DNA of 64,000 nt from Guillardia theta CCMP2712 (GCF_000315625.1 NW_005434640.1:559397-623396), one strand, 5' to 3'; positions 35,938 through 49,328 are shown, numbered from the stretch's first letter. Made by a program: numbers and translations. The notes: generated from the letters alone by a model not told the origin.

Positions 35938-36209
35938 GTCTCACTCTGCAGATGTTGTCACAAACAGAAAAACAACTCTCCGGAGAAAAGTTGGTGCACT
36001 GATCGTTCACCACTATGAAATGACGTGTGTCTGCTGATCCCTTTGCACTCTCAACCCTTCTCCTCGTGTTATCGAATCTTTGCCCACATCATCGGCTTGG
36101 CTAACTTTCCATAACCTTCACCTTCCTGTTCTTCTCCTCCTCTTCCTTCTGTCTCCTCTTCCCTCTCCCTCCCCCAAGCCATGCACGTGAAGCGGTGAGA
36201 ATGAGTAAC

Positions 36210-36380
36210 AAGGGACCCCTTAGTCATACTCAAGTTCTACATGGTAGGGGTAGTGACCCGTACCCTCAAATCAGATGGCTGCAATGTGGGTGATGGAAAG
36301 TCTACCACCGGTGCAATACCCTAAGGGAAAGGGTAGTCGGGGGGGGGTCCTGAAAAACATTGCCAGGGGGTATGGAAATT
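36210..36380. promoter_or_regulatory. Class B island in the IMP3/acylphosphatase divergent promoter
   Basis: ggtaggggtagt, cgtaccc, ctaccacc, atacccta, gggtagt and gggggtatg, with a pyrimidine tract on the left and a purine tract on the right. Confidence 0.55.
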
Positions 36381-36810
36381 ATGGAAGGAGGAGCAAAGTT
36401 GGGGAATGGGCAAAGAAGGCGCGATGGGGGAGATGAGAGTTGTATCGAGAGAGACCATGTGAAGACAGAGAGTATGGGGAACATGAGAGACGTCAAAGTT
36501 TGCAAGCAGACTTGATTTCATGCAGTTCGACTGATTCTTGTTTGAACAGTAAGTCGTATGGTCTTCATATGAAACAAACGGGTGCAATAGAGGGGCAAGG
36601 AGACGAAGATTTTCTTGACCGTGTAGCGTATCAAGTGTGCTGGGAGCTACTGAAGTTGGATAGGGTAAGCATTTATATTGACACCGCACAACCTTGAACA
36701 ACGCCGGATGGCAGGACGACGCCGGAGAAGGAATAGAATCCTCAAAGAATTCGCTGAGGAGCAGGAGGAGAGTGGCCAGAAAAGAGACATCAAAGGATGA
36801 CCAAGACAAT

Positions 36811-37500
36811 ATGCAGTATCTGAACAGGGCCAAAGCGAATCGATCGTCGAAGCGCAAAGTCTCTCTCCCAGTCCTTTGTGCATATTTTGCTTTCGTTGCC
36901 TGCACTCTACTTCTTCTCGCCTTGTAACTCTTGCGATGACGATCTCGACTGCGTTGAACCGATGATTCTTGCAGCTTAGGCGTGGGACGAGTCACGGCCT
37001 CTGATTCCACCTCTGCTTCTCTGAGACCCGGATACACTGATCAACCCATGTCCAAGGCAACAGCAGCTGGAAGCCACAACAATATAAGTAGTTTCTCCTT
37101 CGAAGTCTTCGGCAAAGTGCAGGGAGTTTTTTTCAGGTCAGCTGTGTGACCACAAGTCTCTTCTCAACGTCGCTGCAGGAAGTATACTCAGAAGAAAGCT
37201 CTAGAGCTACATCTCACGGGTTGGGTTGCCAACACTGAAAGAGGAACAGTAGTCGGAGAGGTAAGATAGACTCCCCCTGGCGGTCCCTTGATAGATGAAA
37301 GGCTGAAGGAAGCCCGTCCAAGTTGCGAATCATGGAGGAATGGCTACGTGCGTCATCCGATGCTCCCTCTCCTTGCGGCGCCCACTGAGAACGCGGCAGG
37401 AACCACGGGCAGCCCCAAGTCAAAGATCGAGAAACTCGAGGTTAAGGATCGGAAGCAGCTGAACGAGCATCAGCACAAGAGTTTCGATGTTCGGCATTGA
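36811..37500 (+). CDS. ACYP: Acylphosphatase with probable N-terminal membrane anchor (further upstream exons possible)
   Basis: FEVFGKVQGVFFRKYT...LTGWVANTERGTVVGE...GSPKSKIEK. Intron 36924-36974 joins the hydrophobic exon in frame to the ATG at 37048. Confidence 0.85.
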
Positions 37501-37510
37501 TCGCCTGGCA

Positions 37511-38396
37511 AGGCTCTGATCGGGTACCTCAGACTGCGGCAGAGGCTCTGATCGGGGCTCGAATCTTCTTAATTGACTGAAAATATCGATGACATCCAGA
37601 ACAAGGTCAGCTACCACCAACATGTGCTCAGAGACAGTTAAAATGATCTGAAAAATCTAACGCTCAACGATCTTGAGAGCATGAAATATATCACAGCCAA
37701 ACTCGAAAAGGACATCATGCGCACCACCAAAACGATCAGAACACTGAAACAAGAGATTCTGATGCATATGCCGCCGATCATTATGTTCATGCTGCACTTC
37801 CATCTCTTCTTGATCGGACTGTGCTGTATGGTAATTGTTCGTCTGTCAATGGTAACCATCGCTTTCTACCTAGACCATTCAAAAGTGCAGATCGTTAAAG
37901 ACTATACATGTGATCCAAGTAAAGCGGACGGCAAAGTCAAAACCTGGGTCTTGAAAAAGCAGCAACCGTTAACCTTGCAGGATTTGACAGATCGTTTCTT
38001 TGTTGTATCAGTGGTCACATCGCTGGTGCAGACGTTGATTTTATGCCAGTACAGCTCTGTTCTCTCCATGCTCGTTACCATACTCGATTTTGTGATCATC
38101 ACGTTGGATAATGGAATTGCAGAACACACCGCATAACCAGGGAGGTATTGTCTACATCCTGAAATCGTGCTAGTACTTTTTCAGCTTCACAAATTCGGAG
38201 CCTGGGAGACTCGGTGAAACGAGCTGCTGGCTGACCTTCATGCGCAACCGCCGTCACGGTGATTCTCTTCAGCGAACCGTACTCGTAGTACCATACAGTA
38301 CGGCCGGGCCGGAGCGATGGACAGGGGGCGCGGAGGCAGCCTGACCTGCCGCAGTCTGAGGTACCGTAAAACCCGATCAGAGCCTCTGCCGCAGTC
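37511..38396. mobile_element. Candidate non-autonomous element: inverted repeats enclosing a broken membrane-protein gene fragment
   Basis: 37523-37542 is the reverse complement of 38346-38365, and 37532-37556 of 38372-38396. The internal ORF 37681-38136 is preceded by an apparent frameshift and stop. Confidence 0.45.
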
Positions 38397-39198
38397 CCTT
38401 TTACTCAAAGTTAAGTCAAAAATCATTAGGAGCAGCCTGGCATGCAGCCAGGCTGGTAGTAGTGCCGGTGAGGGCCCGGTTGGAGTCACGTGGCCTCGGA
38501 CTAGTACAGATACCAATATTGAAACCGTTGAACCGCATCCGTTACGTCTTGAGTGTACCATGAAAATAAAAAACTGTCACTCACCAACTATGAAGAAAAA
38601 CTGCCACATCAAGTAAAGTGGTCACCTAGTACTACTAGTACCCCGACTTTACCGGGGGGGCAACCCTCGGTACAACAACCCTCTTAGTTACGCAACGAGT
38701 GGTACTGGTAGTAACCACCCCTCCTCCTCTGCCCCCCGCCGCCGAGTGGTACTGGTAGTAACCACCCCTCCTTCCCTCCCCACCCCATCGCTCGATATCT
38801 TTTTAGCATTAGACCACCTTGCTGACATCTCCAAAATTCAAATCTCTCCCTTTCGACCCAGATCATCGAGCCAATGCGACCTCCCTGATGTCAGCGAGGC
38901 GTCGGAGGCACCCCCGGAATTACTGAAAACTTGGGGAGCGAGAGGGGTAGAGGGAAAGGGGGTCAGTCTAAGGAGCAAACCCGTCAGGAGCAAAGCATGA
39001 AAGTAACATTTATTCAGAGGACAGTACCTTCTTCCTCTCCTCTCCCCTCCGGCCTCTCCTCTCCTTCCATCCCATCTCATCCCCTCTTCTTGTCATCCTC
39101 TCTCCTCCGTTATCTCTCCTCCCTTTCATTCTTTCCTCCTCCCTTTGGTCGTCTGAATACTCTCCTGTTCTACATCTTATCTACTTGCTATTTGCTCA

Positions 39199-39723
39199 AT
39201 GATGAAGTTCAACGGAAGCAGCAACTGTGCAAACGCAAAGGTCGATGCTTGGCTCAAGGCCCACTGCCAGGATTCGAGCACAAACCCGAATCTCAAACCG
39301 AAAATGCGGAAGCGTTCTTCAAAAAAGAAACACAGAGCACTCCAACAGCATCAAGAAGCAAGCAAGAATCTTGAAGGCGCCAAGCAAGATCTTTCCAACC
39401 TATTCCCCGATGATTTAGGGTTTCACTCGTGGAGTAACACCATCTTTGAGCGCTCCATGTCGTCTGACAGCAGCATGACCCAACAATCCAGCACATCTTC
39501 TGGCCTTGAACTGAGTGGTCTCATGGATGCTTTTGGAGAATTCGTTGATTACTTCGGAACATTTCAGATCTCAAAAATCTTTGAAGATGAAGAGCCGTTG
39601 GCTTCATCCAGTCCCCGTCATCAATACCGCGGTGACTGGGAAGAGACATCAGACTTTTCGTGCTCTGGCAGCCGATTTCCGTCGAGATCCCATCGAAGAT
39701 CCCTCCTTGTTGATTTCATCTGA
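39199..39723 (+). CDS. Hypothetical intronless 174-aa protein
   Basis: Clean ATG-to-stop ORF with normal composition, followed by an AT-rich 3' region containing aataaa. Confidence 0.55.
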   Translation: MMKFNGSSNCANAKVDAWLKAHCQDSSTNPNLKPKMRKRSSKKKHRALQQHQEASKNLEGAKQDLSNLFPDDLGFHSWSNTIFERSMSSDSSMTQQSSTSSGLELSGLMDAFGEFVDYFGTFQISKIFEDEEPLASSSPRHQYRGDWEETSDFSCSGSRFPSRSHRRSLLVDFI

Positions 39724-41248
39724 TCCTTCCATGTCATGTCTATGAATATGCTAGGACAGACATTGGATAGTAATGCCTATGTACGTATTGTTTTCTGCCG
39801 TAATTGCACATGTCTTCACAACGAAAGATTGGCATGAGTTTTGATAAAACATTGTTTCAATAGTCAATAGCTAAAGAGGAAAGACCCTGTTGAGGTTTTT
39901 CTTGTGCTTCAACTGTTTTGAATAAAGCAAATGAAGAATATCTAGACCCATTCAAACACAATTAATTTTATATTGGACACAACCAATCAATACGCTCAAT
40001 CGTTCATGTTTCAATTTGCTGTACACTTGAAGAAGAAATCAAGTCAGGACGATTACATTCCGATCGTACGTGCGAAAAAGTGACAAGTTCAGTAAGGGCA
40101 GTAGCGACATCACAATACACCTGGCATTTCTATTCGACTCACTTCATTATCACATTTATCACACGCACACAATGCTTTAGCCTCTCCCGGCCTGATATGA
40201 TTGTCTTGGACTGATACGGCTTGTTCGGCTTCCCTTCTCGCTCATCGCTCTTAAAATCTTGGATTGAAGCAGATGATTGCATATTGCATCACATGGTCCC
40301 AGAGTGGATGCAATAATCACCATCCAACAAGTGGAAGCCTCTTCTGCTCGGAAGTTGATCCTTCCAATGCCTCAACGAATTCTTCTTCTTCCGATGCTGC
40401 ACCACTCGTGACAAAGAGGTGCATGCCAGCAGGAAACAAAGAAGCTCCGAGTCATCTCTGAGGATGGGGAGTGCGAGGAAGTTTGCTGGGCGAGAGAAGG
40501 GAGACAGAACATCGCGATCTGAGGAACCAGGAGAAGCTGATCAACGTTGGAAGTTTGTTTTACCATAAACGAGTCCAGCCATCATGGCATACCAGCGGCA
40601 AAGAGCAGTAGCGCTGAAACAAGCGAGGACGCAGACGATGAAACCCAGGGTCCCCATACACCGCCTCCTGAGCGCATACATCCCACTCAGCTGCCTTTGT
40701 GATCCGCTCTAAGTGATCCGGCAGGTACCAGAGAACCCGCAACATGGCAACTTAGTGTCAGCATGACGAAAACGGTCGGACCATCGACCATCGACCATCC
40801 GTACTGGAAGCTTAAAAGGCTTTCGGCGGGTGGAGGGGGAGTGACTGCCATAGCTCGCGTCTCATGATGATCTTCTGTTGCGTCGGTTCGGAGAGCGCAG
40901 AAAGGCCAACGGGGCTGCCGCTACCCTGGCAAGATACTGTACGGTCAACTGATCGATCCGCTGTCCTGCATTTCAAGTCATTGTCGCGGGGCAAGCAGCG
41001 TAGGAATATTTTGCTGCCTTTCCAAAAGCTAATAAATTAGCTGAGGCGGGTGGGTCCACACTAAGAAGACATGAAGTAAAGAGAATTAAAGCACTCTTGC
41101 CCGACACAATGGAAGCAGGGTGATGAGGGAGCCAAAGGTGTCATGGCAGGGAGCGAAGGCTGGGCGAAGGAGCTCCATGCATGCATGATCATAAGTGGTA
41201 GACAGAAACACGAGCAGAAGGGATCCCTACGAGCACCTCTCGTCCGTG

Positions 41249-44200
41249 ATGTCCCGTTCGCATGTCCTCAGTGTACTTGACGGGTTCAACATCCATGGCA
41301 TCAACCTGCTGATCTTATGCATCATTCTGTCAAGAGCAGCAGCAGCAACGAGTGCTGAAGGGAAACACTTCGCTCTGTTTTTTCATCCGCCCCCAGGATT
41401 CTGCTTTCCTAACAGCCAACAGGTTTACTTGGCGACTTCGATCTCGGATGGCCTGTGATTTCTGCTGTTGGCCTCATGGGGACCTCACGGCTCTTCTTCA
41501 GGTTTCTAAGGGATGACGTCCGAGAGCATGGCCTCCGCATGCGCCTCGTCATCAATGACCAGGAGGTGGCGGATGTGACGTGGCGACCAAACGCGGGCAT
41601 GGAGTCGGATGAAGGGATTAGCCACCACTTCCATGTTCTCATGGCACGGTGGGGTGTGGGGCTATCTAACGATGTGAAAGGTTCCAGGATTAGAAGACGG
41701 GGAGTATGAGGCTACGTTCCTTCTGATCAGCCTGGTAAGGCGCGAGCTTGAATGGAGTGTGACAGTCCTCAAGTGATGACAGGGGACCGGCAAGCAAGTT
41801 GGGCAGGAGGCGACGACACTCTTTGTTGTCGAGGAGGCCACAAATTGCACAGAAACATACGGACAGTATCAAAGTCTTCATGCTGTGCCTTCGCAGCAGG
41901 ACAGCGGCAAGGTCGGAGGAGGAGCGATTTTGAGTCTTAAAGCTGATTGCGTGTCAAGGTCTTGCTCAACGTTGCGAGAAACAAGAGTTCCTGGATGTCT
42001 TGTGAAGCCCCGGGGCGAGAAGCCAAGCATGCCAACGACGGGGTGACATGTCTACTGCAGTGAGATGGTTGACGAGCAAGAGACGCAGAGCATGATGGTC
42101 AGCCAAGTGATCGACTGGCGAGCCGAAACTTGCAACGGCAAGAGGACTGAGCACGGAGTGTGGTGGGAGGTCGACCTAGGAGAGAGCACAGAGATTGAGC
42201 TGATAGACGTGCGCCTTTGCTCCTCCGTCTCGATCGCCTGAGAGCGTTTGCTGGGGCAGATTCTGGAGGGGCAGCGACCGGCTGCGAGGGGATCGTATCC
42301 TCCCATCCTGGCTGCCGTGCAGCCGCTCCTGCCCCTGCGAGTCTCTATTCTGGTGGAGAGAGCCAGCTGCTATTCCAGCTGACCTGATCCCCGCAGAGCT
42401 CAGACTGGTCTGAGGTGAAAACTCAGACGTTGGACGCACAAACTCTGAAGGAGGAACTTTCTGCGTCGGTCAGTGCGGTGGATGCTTGTGGATGGGAAAT
42501 GTGCTGGTGGTAGCAGTTGTGAGGCTTGCATGTTGGAGGACAGTGGGAGGAGGCAGGAGGCAGGAGGCAGGAGGCAGGAGGCAGGAGGCAGGAGGCAGGA
42601 GGCAGGAGGCAGGAGGCGGATTTCGTCTTCTCAGTGTTTCTCAGGGTGGTAGAGGGATTTTCTCTTGGTTGGGTGTCTCAGCGACTGGTCGATATGTGCG
42701 CCTGGAGGCTTTGGAGGCAGAGGGCATGGTAGAGGAGAGAATCTTGTCCCTACTCGAGGTCTGCTCTGTCAACAGCGTCTCCCTCCTCTGATCATGTTGG
42801 GCAGGTGGCAGTCTTCAGCTCTGTGCGGTGGAACTGTTCCCGACACTGTCCTCCTCAGTTTGGCTCTTGTCCTCCAACGGATCCCGTCCTCGGGCAGTGC
42901 GTGTGCAAGCCCAACAGGATCGGCATCGACTGCTCGACTCACCTCCTAACGGACCATCTTTTTCTACCTCCCTATCGACATCCGCAGGACAGTGAGGATC
43001 AAGTCAACTTCAGCTGGTTGCCGACGGCCCGTCCTCTGATAATCTTTGACACCCCTTCTGTGTCAGGCTGCAAGCATCAGCATGGGACCACCAGGAGTTT
43101 GAGGAAGCTCTGAGGGAGGTCGCAGCTTCTCAGGTGCCTTGAGACTCTCAGTTGCCTGCCAACTTTCACCCCTCGCCTGCTGACGTCAGCTTCTCCAGGG
43201 CTCAGGATCCTGCACTGCTCCTGCTGCTCTTGTCATGGGGTACCATCCAGGTGCTCGTCCTTGCCTTGAGTTGACCGCTGAGCCATCGGAGAGCAGGAGG
43301 GCTGACGGCATCCCTGAGCCTGATCGCCTCGATGCTGTCCTTGTCCTTCGCTCTCAACAAGAAGATGCTCCTGTGGAGGAAAGCTGAGGTGAGATCTCCT
43401 CTTCATCCTCCGTCCGGTCGAGTCAAATCTGACACCATCTAAGTGGTTTTATGCGGATCCTGGTGAATGTCCAGACAAACAGATGTCATGTTACTTCGAT
43501 AGGTCTCATCCTCCCTTCCTCCCTCGCTCTCGCTCACGCTCTCCTTCTCCTTCCTGCTCTCCCTCCTCCCCCCCTCCCTCCCTCCCTCCCCCCCTCCCTC
43601 CCTCCCTCCTTGGTGAGACTAGTGATCGCAGCTGGAGCGATTGCTCACACCAAGACATCGATAACTTTCTCGAGGGAACGTTTCATCTCAAGGTCGATTG
43701 ATCCTGACAGTCTTTGACCTCTTGACGGGAGGCAGGTGGAAGAGAGTGACAACACGCGCAGTGTCCAGCCCTTCGCCTGGGTCCCTCCCAAGTATCAGTC
43801 GAAGGTGCTACCAATGACTTTCGCTTTCATCCTGATGTATCCCAGGGGATCTTTTGGTGGAGGACGGTGCTCAACAGCTTTCTCTTCAGGATTCGACCTG
43901 TCTCGCGATCTCTTCCTCTACTTCACGTCCTCTCATCTCGTCCCTTCAGGAGCTCGCGCAGGAGCTCGACATCGACGGGATGATGAAGCGCCTGGGCCTG
44001 TTGGATGGACCTTTCATCGGAGTGCATGTCCGGCTGGTGAGAGACGTTGGAGTATCGTCCTTCTCCTCATTGTGGATGTCAGGGGGACTCGTGTGTCAAG
44101 TGGAAGGAGTTGTTCAACGGAGACTGCCTCTCTTTAGACGAGCACATTTCGCACACCAAGTCAGCTCCGCTCCTCTTCCTCACTCGTTTCTCTCACTCGC

Positions 44201-44765
44201 CTCAGGTTCCTCTCGGATAGATATCACGTCCAGAAAGTTTTCGTAGCGTCTGATGACCCGCACGCGCTCGATCACTTCAAGCAGAAGCTTCCAAGCCTAC
44301 ACGTGGTGGCTGTGGACAAATATCGAAGTCTGCTGGAGGAGATGGAAAAGACCAAGAACGAGTAGCAGCAAGACAAGCTCAAGCACCTCTATCCTCACTG
44401 CTGCTGCAGGTGGACGGAGAATCGGCTGAGGAAAGGAGAGCTTCCTCGCAGCCTGCTGCTTCGCTCCACCTTGACCGACTTGATCCTCCTCGCCAAGGCA
44501 GCCTTCTTTGTGGGGTACGACTCCCCCACCATGCGCGCGAGCGTGACGGAGTGACCGGCAGGCATATGGCCTCCAACCTATCGAGACTGGCCTACTCGCT
44601 CGCCGTCGCCATGTCGTCGGGTAGACTGATCCCCTTCCTGAGGTCTGACCTGCTGCTCAAGTCAAGTTGTCTGACAGTGTCCTCAGTGTTGACGGGCCCT
44701 GGTGTTATCACTGGCAACTCTGCTGTGACGTGGACGCGGACGGGCTGTCGCACATGTGCTCTTAG
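41249..44765 (+). CDS. GT23 (FUT8/NodZ-like) alpha-1,6-fucosyltransferase with N-terminal F-type lectin/F5-8C and EGF domains
   Basis: Signal-like LLILCIILSRAAAA; NVARNK...AKHANDG...WWEVDLG...GRYVRL; EGF CSRHCPPQFGSC...CVCKPNRIGIDC; GT23 motifs FIGVHVRLGDSC, VFVASDD and DLILLAKAAFFVG.MASNLSRLAY. Confidence 0.85.
42547..42617 (+). repeat. (GGAGGCA)n x~10 intronic heptamer
   Basis: Directly visible. Confidence 0.95.
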
Positions 44766-45045
44766 CTTCTCGCCTCCACCACCAACGTGTAGCCAGTCAC
44801 TGGGATGAACAAGTAGAAACTCGTCCATCTACGGTCGATGCCCACCTTCAAGGCTTAGCCTGTGCTTTCTTTAGTTAGTCTACCTCTGTTTATGTACATA
44901 TTTCAAGCCAGCCTCACCGAATCAATTACGAAGATACGAGGGCAGTTAGGGAACAGAGTAACGGCCGGTGAGTGTAGCTACCAGGGCATGGCCGGGAGAG
45001 AAGTTGAGGCTTGGGGGGGGAGGGAACAGCAAGGAAGGTGAGGGT

Positions 45046-48011
45046 ATGCGAGCTCAAGACAAGATGAAGCGACGAGGGAGCCAGCAGGGGTCCAGCAGGT
45101 CGCTTGTCAAGAGACGAGGAAGCCTATACGTTGAACGAGGCAACGAGGTCTGGTCCTTCAACGAGCAGTTCCTTCAGTCGGCCTCCTGCAGACCGCTGAA
45201 TCAGGAAGCAGAGGAAGAGGAGGACGGTAGTCTGAAGCAGTTGAAGATGAGGATGGACACAGCAGACATGCTTGAGGCGCATTCTTTGCTCTACCTTGTC
45301 ATCAAGCGCCTCTTTGTTGTGTGCGCTGATACCCACAGCGATGCCGGTTGGATCTGTACGGACCCCAAGTACTGCGACATGCTGGCCCGCGCGGTCTTGG
45401 AGGAGTCTGACTGGGCGTCTCTCAAGCTCCTGCTGAGCGACCTCAAGTTCGTGTGGAAGCTGCTGCATGTGCAGGGATGCGCCCACGTCTTCTCCCTCCT
45501 GTCGCGGTCGCTCCTGGCCATGCAGCACGACAACATGCAGCGATCGCACGTGCAAGACTTCGCCGACTTCCTCATCAAGCACATGCAGCTCCTTGCCAAG
45601 GACGCAAGCATGCTATTCCAGATCGCCTCGACGACCAAGAAGGCAGGGGTCAAGCTCGCGTACGAGGTTCAGATCAGCAAGTGCCGAAGCATGATCGCCA
45701 GCTGGAAGAAGCGGATCCTCAAGAACCTTTCAGCTGGGAACAGGTGGCGCTCACGTGAGCGAAGACGCTCAGTGTTCTCGTCTCTAGAGAATCACAAGCT
45801 TCTGTTCGGGACCTCGGCGCTTTTGGACGTGAGGACGAGAATCCTGGACCTCCATAAGAGCGGCTTGTACGAGAGCTTCGAGTCGGAGCTGCAGGAGGAC
45901 GTGGATCTGATCTACCGGATCGTCAACTATCGGATCCACTCAAACAAGAGCATCATGAAGCACCGGGGCATCCAGAGCTTCGAGGCTGAGAATCGAGAGC
46001 TCCTCTTGCTCGACAGCTCGGCGTTTTGCTTGCAAGACTCTCAAAACTTCCTCAAGTTTGTGTCACTGTGGACCGAGGCTGACTCCAACGAGTTTCTCAC
46101 TTTTGACATGGCGATACCTGAGGCGATATTCCGAGACGACAAGAAGCGTCGCATGTTCTTCAAGGACGTCTGTTGTCAAGTCTCCGAGGTCGGGCTCATC
46201 CAGACGCCGCTCGTGGACCTAGTCTTCCAGCAGGAGTCTCACCTAGCTGAAGCTGAGCACGGGGTGCAGGGAAGAGCCATCATCAGCATACTGGAGCAAG
46301 TGACCATCCTAGAAGTGACGGTACTGCGAGCCAACAACCTGCCTGTCTCCGACAAGCTCTCCAAGTCCACGAGGTGTATCGGTCTGCAGCTCAAGAACAG
46401 CCCTCTGATGAAGAAGGATCAGCTTGGAATCCTCGCGCAAGAGGCGGCAGAGCACGTGCATGTGGCTGAGTTCCATTCGCTGGACTTCAAGAAGCTCTCG
46501 GACCCGCACTATGATCGACGCTTCGACCTGCTCATCTACGACGACAAGCAGGAGCTCCACCTGACCTGCTACGACGAGGACAAGAGCGGGCCCAAGGCTC
46601 TGTTGGGGGAGGTGACGCTAAGGGTGGAGGAGATCGTGTCGGAGTGCCGGGAGATGGAGCACGAGACAGTCTCTGCCTCCTTCCTCCTCAACAAGCCCGG
46701 CACTTACCGAGTGATCCACCACGAGCTCCTGGACGACCCGAGTCAGGTTGGGTACGCCCAGGTGTTTCTCAGCTTCCGCGTCTCTTCTCTTCAGTCGCAC
46801 GTGCAGCCGGAAAAGGCAGCAAGAGAGGCGCTGAGTCACATTCGCTCGGGGACTTCGAGGCTGCGGCTGGGATACTCGCTCATGGGACACGCGTCGGACC
46901 TCTCCTCCTCCTGGCAGTCCATCGAGATCCACCTCCTCTGCAACCGGCAGGAGATGCTGGCTGAGCGCCTGCTGCTCGAGCGGTTTGTGTTCCCGTCACT
47001 GGCAGTGCGATGTCTCTCTCGCCGCGTGATCTTCCGCTCCTCGGAGGTGCGAGGCAACGAGGCGATCAAGTCTGTGAACCTCGAGGACTCTGCGACCGTC
47101 TCTAAGATCCTCCTCTGCCTCCTCGGCGAGAAACTCGATGAGCCTTGTGAGGCCGACAGCGACGAGTCAGCCCAAGACATGGACGAGGCGCCTGCTCGGT
47201 CGCTTGAGCGGCACATCCAAGGTGACTGAAGGGACGAGTGTATGAGTCTGACTTGCTGCCGCAGCCCTGGTGCTCAAGCAGACTGTCGACCCTCATTCTG
47301 TGATATGCCTCCGCGACCCCTCGTTCCTCGAGGAGCAAGACTTCATCCGCAACGTGTCGCAGCACATTCGCTTGCAGTACGTCGAGACGAGCAACGACGA
47401 GCGAGAGAGGATGATGAAGATCAAGCAGCAGCTTGTCCGTCGCTTCCCGAGGAACGTCATCTCCTACTCCCCTCGTTTCAGACGCTATCTCCCCCCAGCT
47501 CTTGCCGCCAGCTGGTCTGCTCCCGGCGGCTGCCTCGACCTGGCCGGGCTGGAGGAGATGGGCCTCAACATCTTCCGCGACCTGTGGCTGCAGATAAAGA
47601 AGAAGCATCCGCTCCCTTCCTCTCATGCCTCGCAAGCTGAGTCCCTGCTGGACAAGAGCAGTCAGGCAGCAAAGGTCAGCACCTACAAGGAGTCCATCGC
47701 CTCCTTCCCCCTCGACGGGTCCCAGCAGGCGATCTTGGAGCAGATGAAGAAGTTCGCAGACTTCATGAGCCCCTCGGACGCGCTCTCGCTCGTGCTCACG
47801 GGGCCGATGGGCTGCGGCAAGTCAACGGTCATGTCAAAGTTGATCGTTGACATGCAGATGGAAAGACGCCGGGAGAGTTTGCATGAGGCGCTTCAGAGCG
47901 CGTTCAGTGTAAAGAAGAAGAAACTCAAGTCTGCCGTCCAAGCGGTCATGGCGCTAAACCGCATGAACCTATTTGGGATGCAGACAGGCGGTGGTGCCCC
48001 AGAGGAGAAGA

Positions 48012-48045
<34 letters not shown>

Positions 48046-49124
48046 AGGAATGAAGGAATGGAACGGGAAGTGGAAAGGAAAGGAGTTGGAGAAGGTTATC
48101 AACTTCGTCGATGCTTGTCTGACACAGGGGAAGGGGATCGACGACATCGAGTTTCTGCTTCACAAGAGCATGATGATTTATTTTTTCAAGGCTCCCTCCT
48201 CCTCCTCCTCCTCTTCCTCCTCTTCCACGCCTTCCTCGTCCCTCTCCAGTATGCTCTCTTACCTCTGCTCGGCTCTTTTGAAGCGTCAGGATTGGACTAG
48301 CCCCAGCTGGGAGAGGCTGCGGGAGGTGCTGGGAATGGTGATCTCGAGGAGCAATGGGGATGGAGAGGCGGCAGGCAGCCCAGTCCTTCTCCTGCTGGAC
48401 GGGATCAGCGCTGCAGAGGCTGTGCGGGTGAACGAGGTGGTGCAGGCGTTGGAAGGGAAGGTGCGGGCGATCATGACGGTGGAGGGATGCACGTACGGGG
48501 AGCTGAAGGAGCTCACGAGAAGGAGGGCGACGGTGACGAGCATCGCAGAGATGCAGGATGCTGAGAAGACCTCGATCATGCTGGGTCTGCTACGAAGAGC
48601 AGGACTATTCCGGTCCTTCAGGGGGAACGTGGATGTCCAGGGGTTGAAGACCCCCCTCCACCTCCAGCTCATGGTCAGCTATTGGTACATTTGCGACCTT
48701 TACAACGTGGAGCCCAAGTCGAAGAGGGAGCTGGGAATGTCAGAGCTGGACCTGCTGCTGGACGATTACTTCCCTCTGATGGAGAGGCACATCGATCCCC
48801 GGCAGCTCAGAGTCTTCTGGATGCTGATGATGCAGTTCTCAGCTGCCGGTAGCAACTACCAGCTGCATGACCTTCGGTTCATCCTCCAGCACTGCTGCTC
48901 AGGCTTCACTGAAGAGAGTTTCCGACGCCTCGTCGACTCCGTCCTCCCCCTCTGCGAGCAATCCTACCTCCGCTCTCACAACAGCATCAAGTTCGAGCGA
49001 CGCTGCGTCGTCGAGGCCGTTCACCGGCGGTACCTCCAAGAGGCAGCGCCAGACCAGCAGCTGTCGATGAGGATGAGAGCACAAATGACAGCAGAGGAGC
49101 GAGAGAGCGAGAGAGCGAAGTCAA

Positions 49125-49169
<45 letters not shown>

Positions 49170-49278
49170 TTGAGGAGGACGCTGACGCGAGCAACTCTGA
49201 AGAGCTCGTCGTGACTTTTGGCAGCAAGAGGATGGTGATAGATCGTCACCTGTACAGAAGGATCCCTGGCAGACTTCA

Positions 49279-49328
<50 letters not shown>

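Noticed and set aside
40180-41180. Possible small minus-strand multi-exon gene
   Set aside because: Splice-like signals are present, but I could not build a consistent reading frame or recognise a domain.
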